This document shows, piece after piece, positions 17,972-26,735 of a DNA stretch of 64,000 bases; the stretch's first letter is position 1, and each line of letters opens with the position of its first letter. The notes below the pieces were generated by a model. It searched no databases. It was given only the letters and a program-made list of their open reading frames with translations, and was not told the origin of the DNA. A program made the translations under genes and the position numbers. Location of the stretch: NCBI GenBank assembly GCA_900763515.1, contig CAAFKO010000019.1, positions 1,684-65,683 on the forward strand. The letters run 5' to 3'. The stretch is from an uncultured Collinsella sp. (GTDB lineage Bacteria > Actinomycetota > Coriobacteriia > Coriobacteriales > Coriobacteriaceae).

Positions 17972-18985
17972 ATGCCGGACAATGGATCGATTCAAAAGAG
18001 AGACGCGCGCGAGATGGCTCATGGGCGTTCTGTCCAGATAACCGAGCACACGACGGTAACCGAGCTGCAGCCCAGCCTGTCCGATGTCGTGTGCGCAAAT
18101 AAAAAGCTGCAGATCGGTATCATCGTTGCGCTCGTGGTACTGGCGCTGTTGTCGGGCTTTGTAGCTCGTCCGCATTTTGCCGATACCAAGACTTGGGACT
18201 CCACCATCGAGGTCATCGATCAAAAGAAGGGCAACGTTTTGGCGCTCACGACTTCGTGCGTCGCCCTATCTGCGGGTATCACTGCGCTGCCGGGCGATAC
18301 GGGAACGCCAGTCGCCGAGCAGCTTGCACAGCTTTCGGGTAACCTGGGCATCGTGCTTGCCGTGCTCTACCTCGAGAAATATCTGCTGACCATTTTGTGG
18401 TCGGTTGGCTTGGGCATCTTAATCCCGTTTGCGTTGGCGCTCTTTGCGGTGTCGCTTGGCATTCACGGACGCTGGAGCACGAGCGCCGTCCTACGCCGCG
18501 TGGCGACTCGCGTGCTGGTGGTCTCCATGATCGGAATGGCCTTGGTGCCTGCAAGCGTATGGGTGTCGCAAAAGGTCGACGAAACGTATCGAGTGAGCAT
18601 CGAGGCGGCCGAGCAAAAGGCGGCCGACGCTGCGGGTGCGGCAGATAGCGACAGCTCCAAAGCAGGCAAGAAAAAGACCGAGTCCACAGAGTCCAAGAAC
18701 GTGCTTGAGCAGCTTGCCGACGGCGCCTCGGGTCTCGTCGCGTCGGTGACCAGCGGCGCCAAGCAGATGACCGACGAGATTGTGCAGCAGGTGACCGACC
18801 TAATCGAAGGCGTCATCGTGATGATCGTGACTTCGTGCGTGATTCCATTGCTGGTGCTCGCAGCGTTTCTGTGGCTGGGTCACGTACTGCTGGGGATTGA
18901 TATTTCCGGCCCGGCGAACTATTTGACGGGCCGCTTTCTGAGTGCCCCGTCCAAGCACGCAAAAAAGGGCGGGCAGTCCGAGTAG
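17972..18985 (+). CDS. Hypothetical multi-pass membrane protein
   Basis: 337 aa. GAGGAGG lies 7 nt upstream of the ATG. Several hydrophobic segments are present (IGIIVALVVLALLSGFV, LTILWSVGLGILIPFALALFAVSL, VIVMIVTSCVIPLLVLAAFLWLG), with an acidic/Lys-rich central loop. I recognised no family motif. Confidence 0.7.
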   Translation: MPDNGSIQKRDAREMAHGRSVQITEHTTVTELQPSLSDVVCANKKLQIGIIVALVVLALLSGFVARPHFADTKTWDSTIEVIDQKKGNVLALTTSCVALSAGITALPGDTGTPVAEQLAQLSGNLGIVLAVLYLEKYLLTILWSVGLGILIPFALALFAVSLGIHGRWSTSAVLRRVATRVLVVSMIGMALVPASVWVSQKVDETYRVSIEAAEQKAADAAGAADSDSSKAGKKKTESTESKNVLEQLADGASGLVASVTSGAKQMTDEIVQQVTDLIEGVIVMIVTSCVIPLLVLAAFLWLGHVLLGIDISGPANYLTGRFLSAPSKHAKKGGQSE

Positions 18986-19021
18986 CTAAAACAACTGTAT
19001 ATACCGGGGAATACCGCCGAA

Positions 19022-19058
19022 GGGCGGCCGAGACACGTTCTCAGCCGCCCTTTTGTTT
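19022..19058 (+). terminator. Rho-independent terminator after the membrane-protein gene
   Basis: The stem GGGCGGC/GCCGCCC is followed by TTTTGTTTGTT. Confidence 0.7.
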
Positions 19059-19110
19059 GTTGAATACGCGGTCGCTACGTCTGCGCCGGGTCCAGACGGT
19101 CGGCAATCAT

Positions 19111-19123
19111 CCGTGAACGGTAT
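19111..19123 (+). promoter_or_regulatory. CGGTGAACGGTA motif upstream of lacA
   Basis: CCGTGAACGGTAT, followed by the palindrome TTTGTTCAAAAAAGAACAAA. Confidence 0.45.
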
Positions 19124-19292
19124 TTGTTCAAAAAAGAACAAAGATAAACAAATAATTCTTGCAGTTGATGTTCGAATGTGTTCAAATAAACGCGAACAGT
19201 GAAGAACCGCACATTCAGATGCCCGGATCTGAACGCGATTCAACACTTCCAAACAGAAACTACGCACCTGCGTATCTCTCAAGGAGGATGTC

Positions 19293-19721
19293 ATGAGGGT
19301 TGTAATCGCTTCCGATGCCGACGGTATGTCGATGAAGGAGTCCATCAAGGAGATGCTCATCGCCGACGGTCACGAGGTCGTCGACTATTCCGAGACCCCT
19401 GCCGCGGACTTTGTCGATTCCGCGACCGCCGTTGCCAAGGACCTGCTGGAGCACAAGGACTCCCAGGGCTTCGCATTCGATAAGTACGGCGTCGGCTCCT
19501 ATATGGCCGCCGTCAAGATCAAGGGCATGGTCGTCGCCAACATTTCCGACGAGCGTTCCGCCTACATGACCCGCGAGCACAACGGCTCGCGCATGGTCAC
19601 CATGGGCCCGGGCGTTGTGGGCACCGAGGTCGCCAAGAAGATCGCCCGCGAGTTCCTGCGTGCCCAGTACGCCGGCGGCCGTCACCAGATCCGTGTCGAC
19701 ATGCTCAACAAGATGGCCTAA
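19293..19721 (+). CDS. lacA: Galactose-6-phosphate isomerase subunit A
   Basis: 142 aa, collinear with staphylococcal/lactococcal LacA including the C-terminal GGRHQIRVDMLNKM. Confidence 0.92.
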   Translation: MRVVIASDADGMSMKESIKEMLIADGHEVVDYSETPAADFVDSATAVAKDLLEHKDSQGFAFDKYGVGSYMAAVKIKGMVVANISDERSAYMTREHNGSRMVTMGPGVVGTEVAKKIAREFLRAQYAGGRHQIRVDMLNKMA

Positions 19722-19784
19722 CGAGAGCCACCGAGAACTCGAACTTCTACCTCAACTTGTGAATTCAGACGAAAGGACGTTCTG

Positions 19785-20309
19785 ATGAAGAAGACCATCG
19801 CAATCGGTTGCGACCATATCGTTACGGACGAGAAGATCTATCTGGCCGACCGCTTGGAGCAGGCTGGCTACAAGGTGCTCGACTGCGGCACCTACAGCCA
19901 CACCCGTACGCACTATCCCATCTACGGTAAGGCCGTGGGCGAGGCCGTTGCCAGCGGCAAGGCCGACTTTGGCGTGGCCCTGTGCGGCACCGGCATCGGC
20001 ATCACCAACGCCGTCAACAAGGTTCCCGGCGCCCGCTGCGCTCTGGTTCGCGACATGACCTCTGCCCTGTATGCCCGTCGCGAGCTCAACGCTAACATCG
20101 TGGGCTTTGGCGGTAAGATCACCGGCGAGTTCCTGATGGCCGACATCATGCTTGCCTTCCTGGAGGAGCCCTACGACAAGACCCCCGAGCACGATGCCCT
20201 GATTGCCAAGATTGATGCCTGCAATAAGGCCGACGCCGAGGCTCAGGCCGACCCGCACTTCTTTGACGAGTTCCTGGAGAAGTGGGACCGCGGCGAATAC
20301 CATGACTAG
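19785..20309 (+). CDS. lacB: Galactose-6-phosphate isomerase subunit B
   Basis: 174 aa, RpiB/LacB family with [11 protein letters not shown] and CGTGIGI. It lies directly after lacA. Confidence 0.92.
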   Translation: MKKTIAIGCDHIVTDEKIYLADRLEQAGYKVLDCGTYSHTRTHYPIYGKAVGEAVASGKADFGVALCGTGIGITNAVNKVPGARCALVRDMTSALYARRELNANIVGFGGKITGEFLMADIMLAFLEEPYDKTPEHDALIAKIDACNKADAEAQADPHFFDEFLEKWDRGEYHD

Positions 20310-20428
20310 CGGGTATCCGGCGTAATTAACTAGTCCGTTGACGGCTCGCGTTTCTGTGATGGGGCGCGGGCCGGTTTTCTATCAGCCCTATTGACTTGGC
20401 GGGCTGTCATAAGAAAGGGAAGGCTCCT

Positions 20429-21310
20429 ATGGAGTTTGTTCTTGATAACGGTTCTATCCGCGTAGCACTGAGCACGGCGGGCGGGTCGTTCACTTCTATT
20501 GCGGCCAACGGCCGTGAGTACCTGTGGCAGGGTGATCCGGCGGTCTGGTCGGGGCAGGCGCCCATTTGTTTCCCGATCTGCGGTGGCCTTCGTGACGGTC
20601 ACGCAACGACCATGGGCGGCTGCGAGGTAAAGCTCGCCCGCCACGGCTTTGCGCGCAAACAGGAGTGGAAGCTCGAGGAACAGGGCGACAACATGGTTGC
20701 GCTGAGCCTAAGCTCTACCGACCATGCCGAGTTGCTCGAGCAGTACCCGTATCCGTTTAAGATCGTTGCTCGTTACACGATCGATTCGGAAAAGGTGGCC
20801 GTGTCGTACGAGGTGACCAATGAGGGCACCGAGGACATGCCGTTCTTTGTGGGCGGTCACCCCGGCTTTAAGTGCCCGCTCGACGAGGGCGAGTCCTATG
20901 ACGATTATGAGCTTCGTTTTGAGCAGCGCGAGGCCCCCGAGCTCTGTACTGCCGTTCCCTCGACGGGCCTGATTGATGTTGAGCATCGCAGCAAGAACCC
21001 CATGGTCGGCCAAAACCTGCCGCTTACCCACGAACTCTTCGACTTCGCCGAGACCATCTTTGACGTGCTCGAGAGCCGTGTGGTTACGCTGACCAAGAAA
21101 ACCGAGGACAAGGGCGTGCGACTGACGTTCCCCGATATGCCGTACCTGATTGTGTGGAGCAAGCCCGAGGGCGACTTTGTGGCCGTGGAACCGTGGGGCG
21201 GCCTGTCCACCTGCTCCGACGAGGACGATGTCTTGGAGCACAAGCGTGGCTGCCTAGTTGCCAAGCCGGGGGAGACCGTCACCCGCGGCTTTGAGATCGA
21301 GATTCTTTAA
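20429..21310 (+). CDS. lacX: LacX-like aldose 1-epimerase-family protein
   Basis: Start MEFVLDNGS has GGGAAGG upstream (the ORF is open from 20396). Motifs are PICFPICGG and GGHPGFK. It sits between lacB and lacC, as lacX does in Gram-positive lac operons. Confidence 0.75.
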   Translation: MEFVLDNGSIRVALSTAGGSFTSIAANGREYLWQGDPAVWSGQAPICFPICGGLRDGHATTMGGCEVKLARHGFARKQEWKLEEQGDNMVALSLSSTDHAELLEQYPYPFKIVARYTIDSEKVAVSYEVTNEGTEDMPFFVGGHPGFKCPLDEGESYDDYELRFEQREAPELCTAVPSTGLIDVEHRSKNPMVGQNLPLTHELFDFAETIFDVLESRVVTLTKKTEDKGVRLTFPDMPYLIVWSKPEGDFVAVEPWGGLSTCSDEDDVLEHKRGCLVAKPGETVTRGFEIEIL

Positions 21311-21366
21311 CGAGCTATCGTATGTTTGGGGCCGCGCGTGCCGTGCCCCGGAAACAGGAGTTCAAT

Positions 21367-22302
21367 ATGATTCTGACCGTTACCATGAACCCGTCGATTG
21401 ATACGCGCTATCAGCTTGATAAGCTGGTCATCGATGACGTTAACCGCGTAACACCCGAAAAGACCGCTGGCGGCAAGGGCCTCAACGTGAGCCGTGTGCT
21501 GCTGCAGCTGGGCGACGATGTGCTCGCGACCGGCTTGCTCGGCGGCCACATGGGTGCCTATATGGCCGAGCTTATGGATGCCGACGGCGTCAAGAACGAC
21601 TTTGTGCCCATCGCCGGTGAGACGCGCATTTGCCTGAATATCCTGCACGAGGGCAATCAGACCGAGCTGCTGGAGAGCGGCCCGCAGATTGCGCCCGCCG
21701 AGCTCGAGGCCTTTACGGCAAAGTTCGCCGAGCTTGCGGCGAAGGCGAACGTAGTGACGCTTTCGGGCTCGCTGCCGCGCGGCGTCGATGCCGGCTACTA
21801 TGCCGAGCTCGTCAAGATCGCCGAGAAGGCGGGCGCCAGGGTACTGCTCGACACCTCGGGTGCATCGCTGGAAGCCGCGCTGGAGTCCGACGCTAAGCCT
21901 GAGCTCGTAAAGCCTAACCTGACCGAGATTAACGGTCTGCTGGGTACGTCCTTTACGACCGATGATGTCGATGCCCTGCGCGAGGCGCTTGCCGCCGATG
22001 GACGCTTTGCCGGTATTCCCTGGGTTGTCGTTTCGATGGGTGCTGCCGGTTCGGTGGGCTTCCATGAGGGACGCGCGTTCCGCGCCAAGACGCCCGCGAT
22101 TGCGGCTGTGAACGCGACGGGTTCCGGCGACTCGACCATCGCCGGCTTTGCGCATGCCATTGCTGCTGGTGCCGACGACGTCACGGTGCTCAAGACCGCC
22201 AATGCCTGCGGCAAGCTCAACGCCATGGATCCCAAGACCGGCCACCTGGTCATGGACCGCTGGGACGAGGTCTACAACAGCGTTGTCGTGACCGAACTCT
22301 AG
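21367..22302 (+). CDS. lacC: Tagatose-6-phosphate kinase (PfkB family)
   Basis: MILTVTMNPSID...TAGGKGLNV...GSGDSTIAG, collinear with S. aureus LacC. AGGAG RBS is present (the ORF is open from 21322). Confidence 0.88.
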   Translation: MILTVTMNPSIDTRYQLDKLVIDDVNRVTPEKTAGGKGLNVSRVLLQLGDDVLATGLLGGHMGAYMAELMDADGVKNDFVPIAGETRICLNILHEGNQTELLESGPQIAPAELEAFTAKFAELAAKANVVTLSGSLPRGVDAGYYAELVKIAEKAGARVLLDTSGASLEAALESDAKPELVKPNLTEINGLLGTSFTTDDVDALREALAADGRFAGIPWVVVSMGAAGSVGFHEGRAFRAKTPAIAAVNATGSGDSTIAGFAHAIAAGADDVTVLKTANACGKLNAMDPKTGHLVMDRWDEVYNSVVVTEL

Positions 22303-22327
22303 GAGTCGCGACACCGAACACTTAAAA

Positions 22328-22363
22328 ACGGCGCCCGTCGGCGATGTTGCCGGCGGGCGCCGT
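22328..22363. terminator. Bidirectional terminator between lacC and galT
   Basis: The stem ACGGCGCCCGTCG/CGGCGGGCGCCGT is flanked by TTAAAAA upstream. The T-run is strong on the minus strand. Confidence 0.75.
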
Positions 22364-22410
22364 TGTCTTGAAGACGAAATGATTCGTTTTCCTTCGTCCC
22401 CAAGGGATCA

Positions 22411-24039
22411 TTACAGCGAATCGATAAAGCGCTGTTGGGCGGCGCGTCCCGCCTCGTCCCACTTAAAGACGCCGGCGTTGTCGAGCACGTGGCCAAACAC
22501 CACGCCGACCTCCTCGTGCAGGATATCCATGGCGTTGTCCGCCGTAAGCTCGTCGGCGCGGCGGGCAAAAACATCTTCGGCCCATGCGGCGTGGCTGCGG
22601 CAAAGGTCGTCGTTCTCGAGCGCACCGGCAAGGTCGTAGCTGGCATCGGCCTTGGCCGCCAGCAAGTGCTCGCGGACAGCGCCGAGCTCGGGAACCAGGC
22701 GCGGCGGAAGAATGGCCAGGCCCATGACCTCGATCAGGCCGATGTTCTCCTTTTTAATGTGGTGGTACTCAGCATGCGGGTGGAATACGCCCAGCGGATG
22801 CTCGTCGGTCGTGATGTTGCAGCGAAGCGCCAGGTAGGCCTCGTAGACCTCGCCGCCGGCATTGCCGCGCGAGTCGACGCGGCGGATGACGGGCGTCACG
22901 GTGTTGTGCGCCACGCCGTCGGCTGTGTGCGCGATGACGCCCACAGACTCATCGGTCCACTCGCGCCAGGCGAGGATAATCTTTTCGGCAGCGTCGAGCA
23001 GCTGAGCGCGGTCGTGCGAGCGCAGTCGCAGCACCGAAAGCGGCCACTGCAGCACGGTGCCGCTGACCTGGTCAAAGCCGGGCACGCTAAACTGCGAGAC
23101 TTCGGTGGCATGCATCATGGGGAACTCGTGCGCGCCACCCTGGAAGTGGTCGTGCGACAGAATCGAGCCGCCCACGATGGGCAGGTCGGCGTTGGAGCCA
23201 ATAAAGTAGTGCGGGAACAGGTCGACAAAGTCGAGCAGGCAGGTCAGGCCCTTGCGGTCGACGTGCATCGGACGATGCTCGGAGCTCATAGCAATGCAGT
23301 GCTCGTTAAAGTACGCGTACGGGCTGTACTGGAAGCCCCAGCGCTCGCCATTAAGCTGAATGGGAATAACGCGCAGGTTCTGGCGGGCGGGATGGGCGCC
23401 GCCGTCGGCTGCGGCGGAGCGTCCAGGGTAGCCCTCGTTTTCGATGCAGAGTTGGCAGGCGGGATACTTCTCGCCCGTGTTCTTGGCTGCACCTGCCGCG
23501 GCGATATCGCGCGGGTCCTTTTCGGGCTTTGACAGGTTGATAGTGATCTCCAGGTCGCCCCAGTTGGTGGGAGTGCTCCATTTGATGTTGCGCGCGATGG
23601 CGGCACGGCGCACGTAGCCAGCGTCGCAGCACAGGCCGTAGAACCAGTCGGTCGCGGCGCGGGGCTCGTTGACGCCCATGCGGCCGTTGAATTCCTCGTT
23701 TACAACCGAAGGCCTCGGCATGAGCGCGCCCATGATGCGCATGGCGATGCGGTCGCGGCCCGACGCCGTGTCCTCGGCGGCGCCGTTGGCAACGGCGGCC
23801 TCGGCAAGCGCGGCGAGCGTGCCCTCCAGGTCAAAGTCGGGCAGGGTATCGGGGTGCACGAGCGAAATCTTCTCGGTCTTGAGCGCCCAGGTCATGTCGA
23901 GTGCGGGGCCTGTGGCGCCGATGCACTCCAGAATGGTGTTGTATGCCCAGATGCGGTCGTCCTGTCCGATCATCGATCGATGGATGGCATACTCAATCAG
24001 GCCCTGCGCGGCCTCGCGCACATCAGTCATTACAGCCAT
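22411..24039 (-). CDS. galT: UDP-glucose--hexose-1-phosphate uridylyltransferase (Gram-positive long type)
   Basis: Active-site block is GGSILSHDHFQGG. The 5' end overlaps the galK stop in ATGGCTGTAATGA, so the alternative start ATG 24030 forms a TAATG coupling. Confidence 0.88.
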   Translation of the reverse strand: MAVMTDVREAAQGLIEYAIHRSMIGQDDRIWAYNTILECIGATGPALDMTWALKTEKISLVHPDTLPDFDLEGTLAALAEAAVANGAAEDTASGRDRIAMRIMGALMPRPSVVNEEFNGRMGVNEPRAATDWFYGLCCDAGYVRRAAIARNIKWSTPTNWGDLEITINLSKPEKDPRDIAAAGAAKNTGEKYPACQLCIENEGYPGRSAAADGGAHPARQNLRVIPIQLNGERWGFQYSPYAYFNEHCIAMSSEHRPMHVDRKGLTCLLDFVDLFPHYFIGSNADLPIVGGSILSHDHFQGGAHEFPMMHATEVSQFSVPGFDQVSGTVLQWPLSVLRLRSHDRAQLLDAAEKIILAWREWTDESVGVIAHTADGVAHNTVTPVIRRVDSRGNAGGEVYEAYLALRCNITTDEHPLGVFHPHAEYHHIKKENIGLIEVMGLAILPPRLVPELGAVREHLLAAKADASYDLAGALENDDLCRSHAAWAEDVFARRADELTADNAMDILHEEVGVVFGHVLDNAGVFKWDEAGRAAQQRFIDSL

Positions 24040-25235
24040 GCCGCGTAAGCCCCCTTGTCAGAAATTGCGTAGTGACGGGCAGAGCCCTCGCCCAGCCAGC
24101 CGTTCATCTTGGCAATGAAGGTGTCGACCAGATCGAGTGGCACGAAGGCCTGGATGGTACCGCCAAAGCCGCCGCCGTGAATACGAACGGCGCCACGGCC
24201 GTCGAGCACATGCTCGGCAAGAGCAAGTGCGTACATGGAAGGCTGCTCGGCACCCAGTTTGGCAACAACATTCTGCAGGTACATGGCAGAGCTGGCGCCG
24301 GACTCGCGCGTCAGGACCAGGAACTGATCGATGTCGCCGGCGTTCAGGGCCGCCCAGCGCTTGTCGACCAGGCCGTTTTCGTACCAGTAGTGAACGGCGC
24401 GCAGGCAGGCGCGGTCGCCCAGCTTGGCGCGCAGCTCGGGGAGCTTGGCGTCAAAATCGGCAACGTCGACCTCGCACAGGCGTGCCTTGCCAAACTCGGC
24501 GGCGACGTCTTGCATCTCGCGCGGAACGGCAGCGTAATCGTCGGTGGCGGCCACGTGGTCGGCACCAACCTTAACGAGCACGAGCGCATAGCCGTGATCC
24601 TCAAAGTTGAGTTCGAGCTTCTGGGTTTTAGGCTGAGCCTGGTCCTCAAAATCCATGTAGGCAAGGCCGCCCAGGCACACAGCGGCCTGGTCCATCAGAC
24701 CGCAGGGCTTGCCATAGTAGTTGTTCTCGGTGCGCTGGCTCATCTGGGCGAGCGCGACGGGCTCGATGGCGGGTGCGCCCCAGAGCGTCTCCATGGCGCG
24801 ACCGTATGCCGCCTCGACAGCAGCGGAGCTCGAAAGACCGCCACCCGAGGGGACGGAGCAGGTGAAGGCGAAGTCGAAGCCCTGGGGCTCAACACCAAGC
24901 GCTGCGATCTCGTGGGCCATGCCACGGACGAGGCTCGCGGATGTGCCCTTCTCGGACTCCTGAACGTCTAGCGTGTCGAGCGCGATCTCAAACGTGGGAT
25001 AGCCCTCGTCGGCAACGCGAACCTTGTTGGTGTCGGTCGCCACGGCAATGCCGTCGACAGCGACATCGAGCGAGCCGGCGATAACGTGGCCACCCTCGTG
25101 ATCGGTGTGATTGCCGCTGATCTCGGAACGGCCGGGCGCGTGCACGTAGAGCACCTGGCGGTCGCCGATGGGGCCAAACTCCTCCTCAAACAGCTTGGTG
25201 AGCGTGGCGAGTGTCTTTTCGTCGGGGGCGGTCAT
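24030..25235 (-). CDS. galK: Galactokinase (GHMP kinase family)
   Basis: PGRSEISGNHTDHEGG is a variant galactokinase signature. The GHMP ATP motif is SGGGLSSSAA. The gene is adjacent to galT and galM. Confidence 0.82.
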   Translation of the reverse strand: MTAPDEKTLATLTKLFEEEFGPIGDRQVLYVHAPGRSEISGNHTDHEGGHVIAGSLDVAVDGIAVATDTNKVRVADEGYPTFEIALDTLDVQESEKGTSASLVRGMAHEIAALGVEPQGFDFAFTCSVPSGGGLSSSAAVEAAYGRAMETLWGAPAIEPVALAQMSQRTENNYYGKPCGLMDQAAVCLGGLAYMDFEDQAQPKTQKLELNFEDHGYALVLVKVGADHVAATDDYAAVPREMQDVAAEFGKARLCEVDVADFDAKLPELRAKLGDRACLRAVHYWYENGLVDKRWAALNAGDIDQFLVLTRESGASSAMYLQNVVAKLGAEQPSMYALALAEHVLDGRGAVRIHGGGFGGTIQAFVPLDLVDTFIAKMNGWLGEGSARHYAISDKGAYAAWL

Positions 25236-25279
25236 GGTGTCTTCCTTTCTTGGTTATCCCGAGGTGCCGGGCTTTGCTT

Positions 25280-25295
25280 ATGAGTACGTAAACAT
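25280..25295. promoter_or_regulatory. GalR-type operator upstream of galK
   Basis: ATGAGTACGTAAACAT, 45 nt upstream of the galK start. Confidence 0.7.
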
Positions 25296-25300
25296 ATCAA

Positions 25301-25345
25301 GGTGTGAGGGAATAAGCGGGAGTCATAACGCTGCTCCCTCACACC
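25301..25345 (-). terminator. Hairpin after galM
   Basis: The 11-bp stem GGTGTGAGGGA/TCCCTCACACC is followed on the minus strand by the U-rich TTGATATGTTT. Confidence 0.5.
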
Positions 25346-25359
25346 TCGACGAGGGTGGG

Positions 25360-26436
25360 TTAACAAACGGTCGAGAATCGGTAGACGATCGTCGAGCTAA
25401 ACGGGTGGTCAGGTGTGCAGACGGGATGCGCCCAATCTGCGTGATGGTTGTTGTCAGGCCAAAACTCGGGCTCAAATGCGACGCCGTCGCGAGGACCGTA
25501 ACTGCAGCCGTCTTTGGCGTCGATATCGCTGAGCCAGTTGCCGGTATACAGATGCGCGCCCGGTGTGGTTACGAAGATGTCGAGCGTGCGGCGCGAGTTT
25601 GGATCTTGCAAGTGCAGTGCGTGGCGCGGGTCGGCGTCGGGAGTAAAGCCATCCAGGCAGAAACAATGGTCAAAGCCCCGTGCAATCTTGAGCTGCTCGT
25701 CGTTCGCATCGATGTCGCGGCCGAGCGTCTTGGGTGCGCGGAAATCGAATGGCGTGCCGGCCACGGGGCGAACCTCGCCAGAAGAGACGTTGTCCTGGCG
25801 TTGGGGGAGGAAAGCCGCGGCGTCGATAGTCGCGACCTGGTCCAGAACCGTGCCGGCATCGTGCCCCGCAAGGTTGAAGTACGTGTGGTTGGTCATGTTG
25901 ACGAAGGTGTCGGCATCGGTAACGCAGCTTTGCGTGCAGGTGAGCTCTGCGGCACCCGTTGGCCCTGCCTGCAGGGCATAGGCAACGGTAAAGGTGCGGT
26001 TGCCCGGGAAGCCCAGTTCGCCGTCGGCCAACTTGCATGTAAAACTCACCGTGTTGGTAATCTCGTCGACTGTGGCGTTCCACACGCGCTTATGAAGGCC
26101 ATGCTCAAGGTCGGTGTGCAGATTATTGGCTTTGTCAGGACCATCGTTGCATGCCATCTGATAGACCGTGCCGGCAATCTCGATTTGGCCTTTATCCGTT
26201 CGGTTGGCCGAAGGGCCAATAGTTCCGCCGTAGCACGCCGGATTGTCGAAGTAGCCATCGAGGGCATCGAAGCCGAGCGCGATGTCGGCAACATCGCCTG
26301 AGGCATCGGGAACCTCGATGCCAAGGATGGTCGCGCCATAGTCCATGACGCGCACGCGGGCACCTGCGCAAACAAGGTTATAGACCGTAACCGGCAAGCC
26401 GCTGGGGACGGTGCCGAACGGAGTTGTGGTAATCAT
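25360..26436 (-). CDS. galM: Aldose 1-epimerase (galactose mutarotase)
   Basis: 358 aa with the epimerase motifs NHTYFNLAGH and GFDHCFCL. Confidence 0.88.
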   Translation of the reverse strand: MITTTPFGTVPSGLPVTVYNLVCAGARVRVMDYGATILGIEVPDASGDVADIALGFDALDGYFDNPACYGGTIGPSANRTDKGQIEIAGTVYQMACNDGPDKANNLHTDLEHGLHKRVWNATVDEITNTVSFTCKLADGELGFPGNRTFTVAYALQAGPTGAAELTCTQSCVTDADTFVNMTNHTYFNLAGHDAGTVLDQVATIDAAAFLPQRQDNVSSGEVRPVAGTPFDFRAPKTLGRDIDANDEQLKIARGFDHCFCLDGFTPDADPRHALHLQDPNSRRTLDIFVTTPGAHLYTGNWLSDIDAKDGCSYGPRDGVAFEPEFWPDNNHHADWAHPVCTPDHPFSSTIVYRFSTVC

Positions 26437-26514
26437 GAGCGTCCTTTCGAATACGACGCCATGGCCTGCGCGCCCGGAGCGCAGGCCATCATGGTATCGG
26501 TGTGCTTACGCTTT

Positions 26515-26530
26515 ATGTTAACGTACTCAT
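26515..26530. promoter_or_regulatory. GalR-type operator (galM / galR divergent region)
   Basis: ATGTTAACGTACTCAT. Confidence 0.7.
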
Positions 26531-26580
26531 AGCCTGGAACCACAGACTTCTTCGCTTTCCTGCAATCGGTCGAAAATGAG

Positions 26581-26593
26581 CCGTGAACGGTAT
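26581..26593 (+). promoter_or_regulatory. CGGTGAACGGTA motif in the galM / galR-like divergent region
   Basis: CCGTGAACGGTAT. Confidence 0.45.
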
Positions 26594-26636
26594 TCAGGTG
26601 GTGTTGAGGGCGCTGCATAACTGCTGATAGGTATAG

Positions 26637-26652
26637 TAGAGTACGTTAACAT
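26637..26652. promoter_or_regulatory. GalR-type operator upstream of the regulator gene
   Basis: TAGAGTACGTTAACAT. Confidence 0.6.
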
Positions 26653-26735
26653 TATCGATAGACAACAAAGCCTCCTGTGTGACCAGCAATTTCGCATGGG
26701 GTATTTAGGCTTCCTACAGGAGCGAAGGTGATTTT

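Noticed and set aside
17631-18223. Small overlapping ORFs (17631-17861, 17719-18102, 17789-18223) in the lacF to membrane-protein gap.
   Set aside because: They have no RBS, overlap one another, and have Arg/Cys/Trp-rich composition typical of out-of-frame GC-rich sequence. The region is better explained by the inverted-repeat element and the promoter of the 17972 gene.
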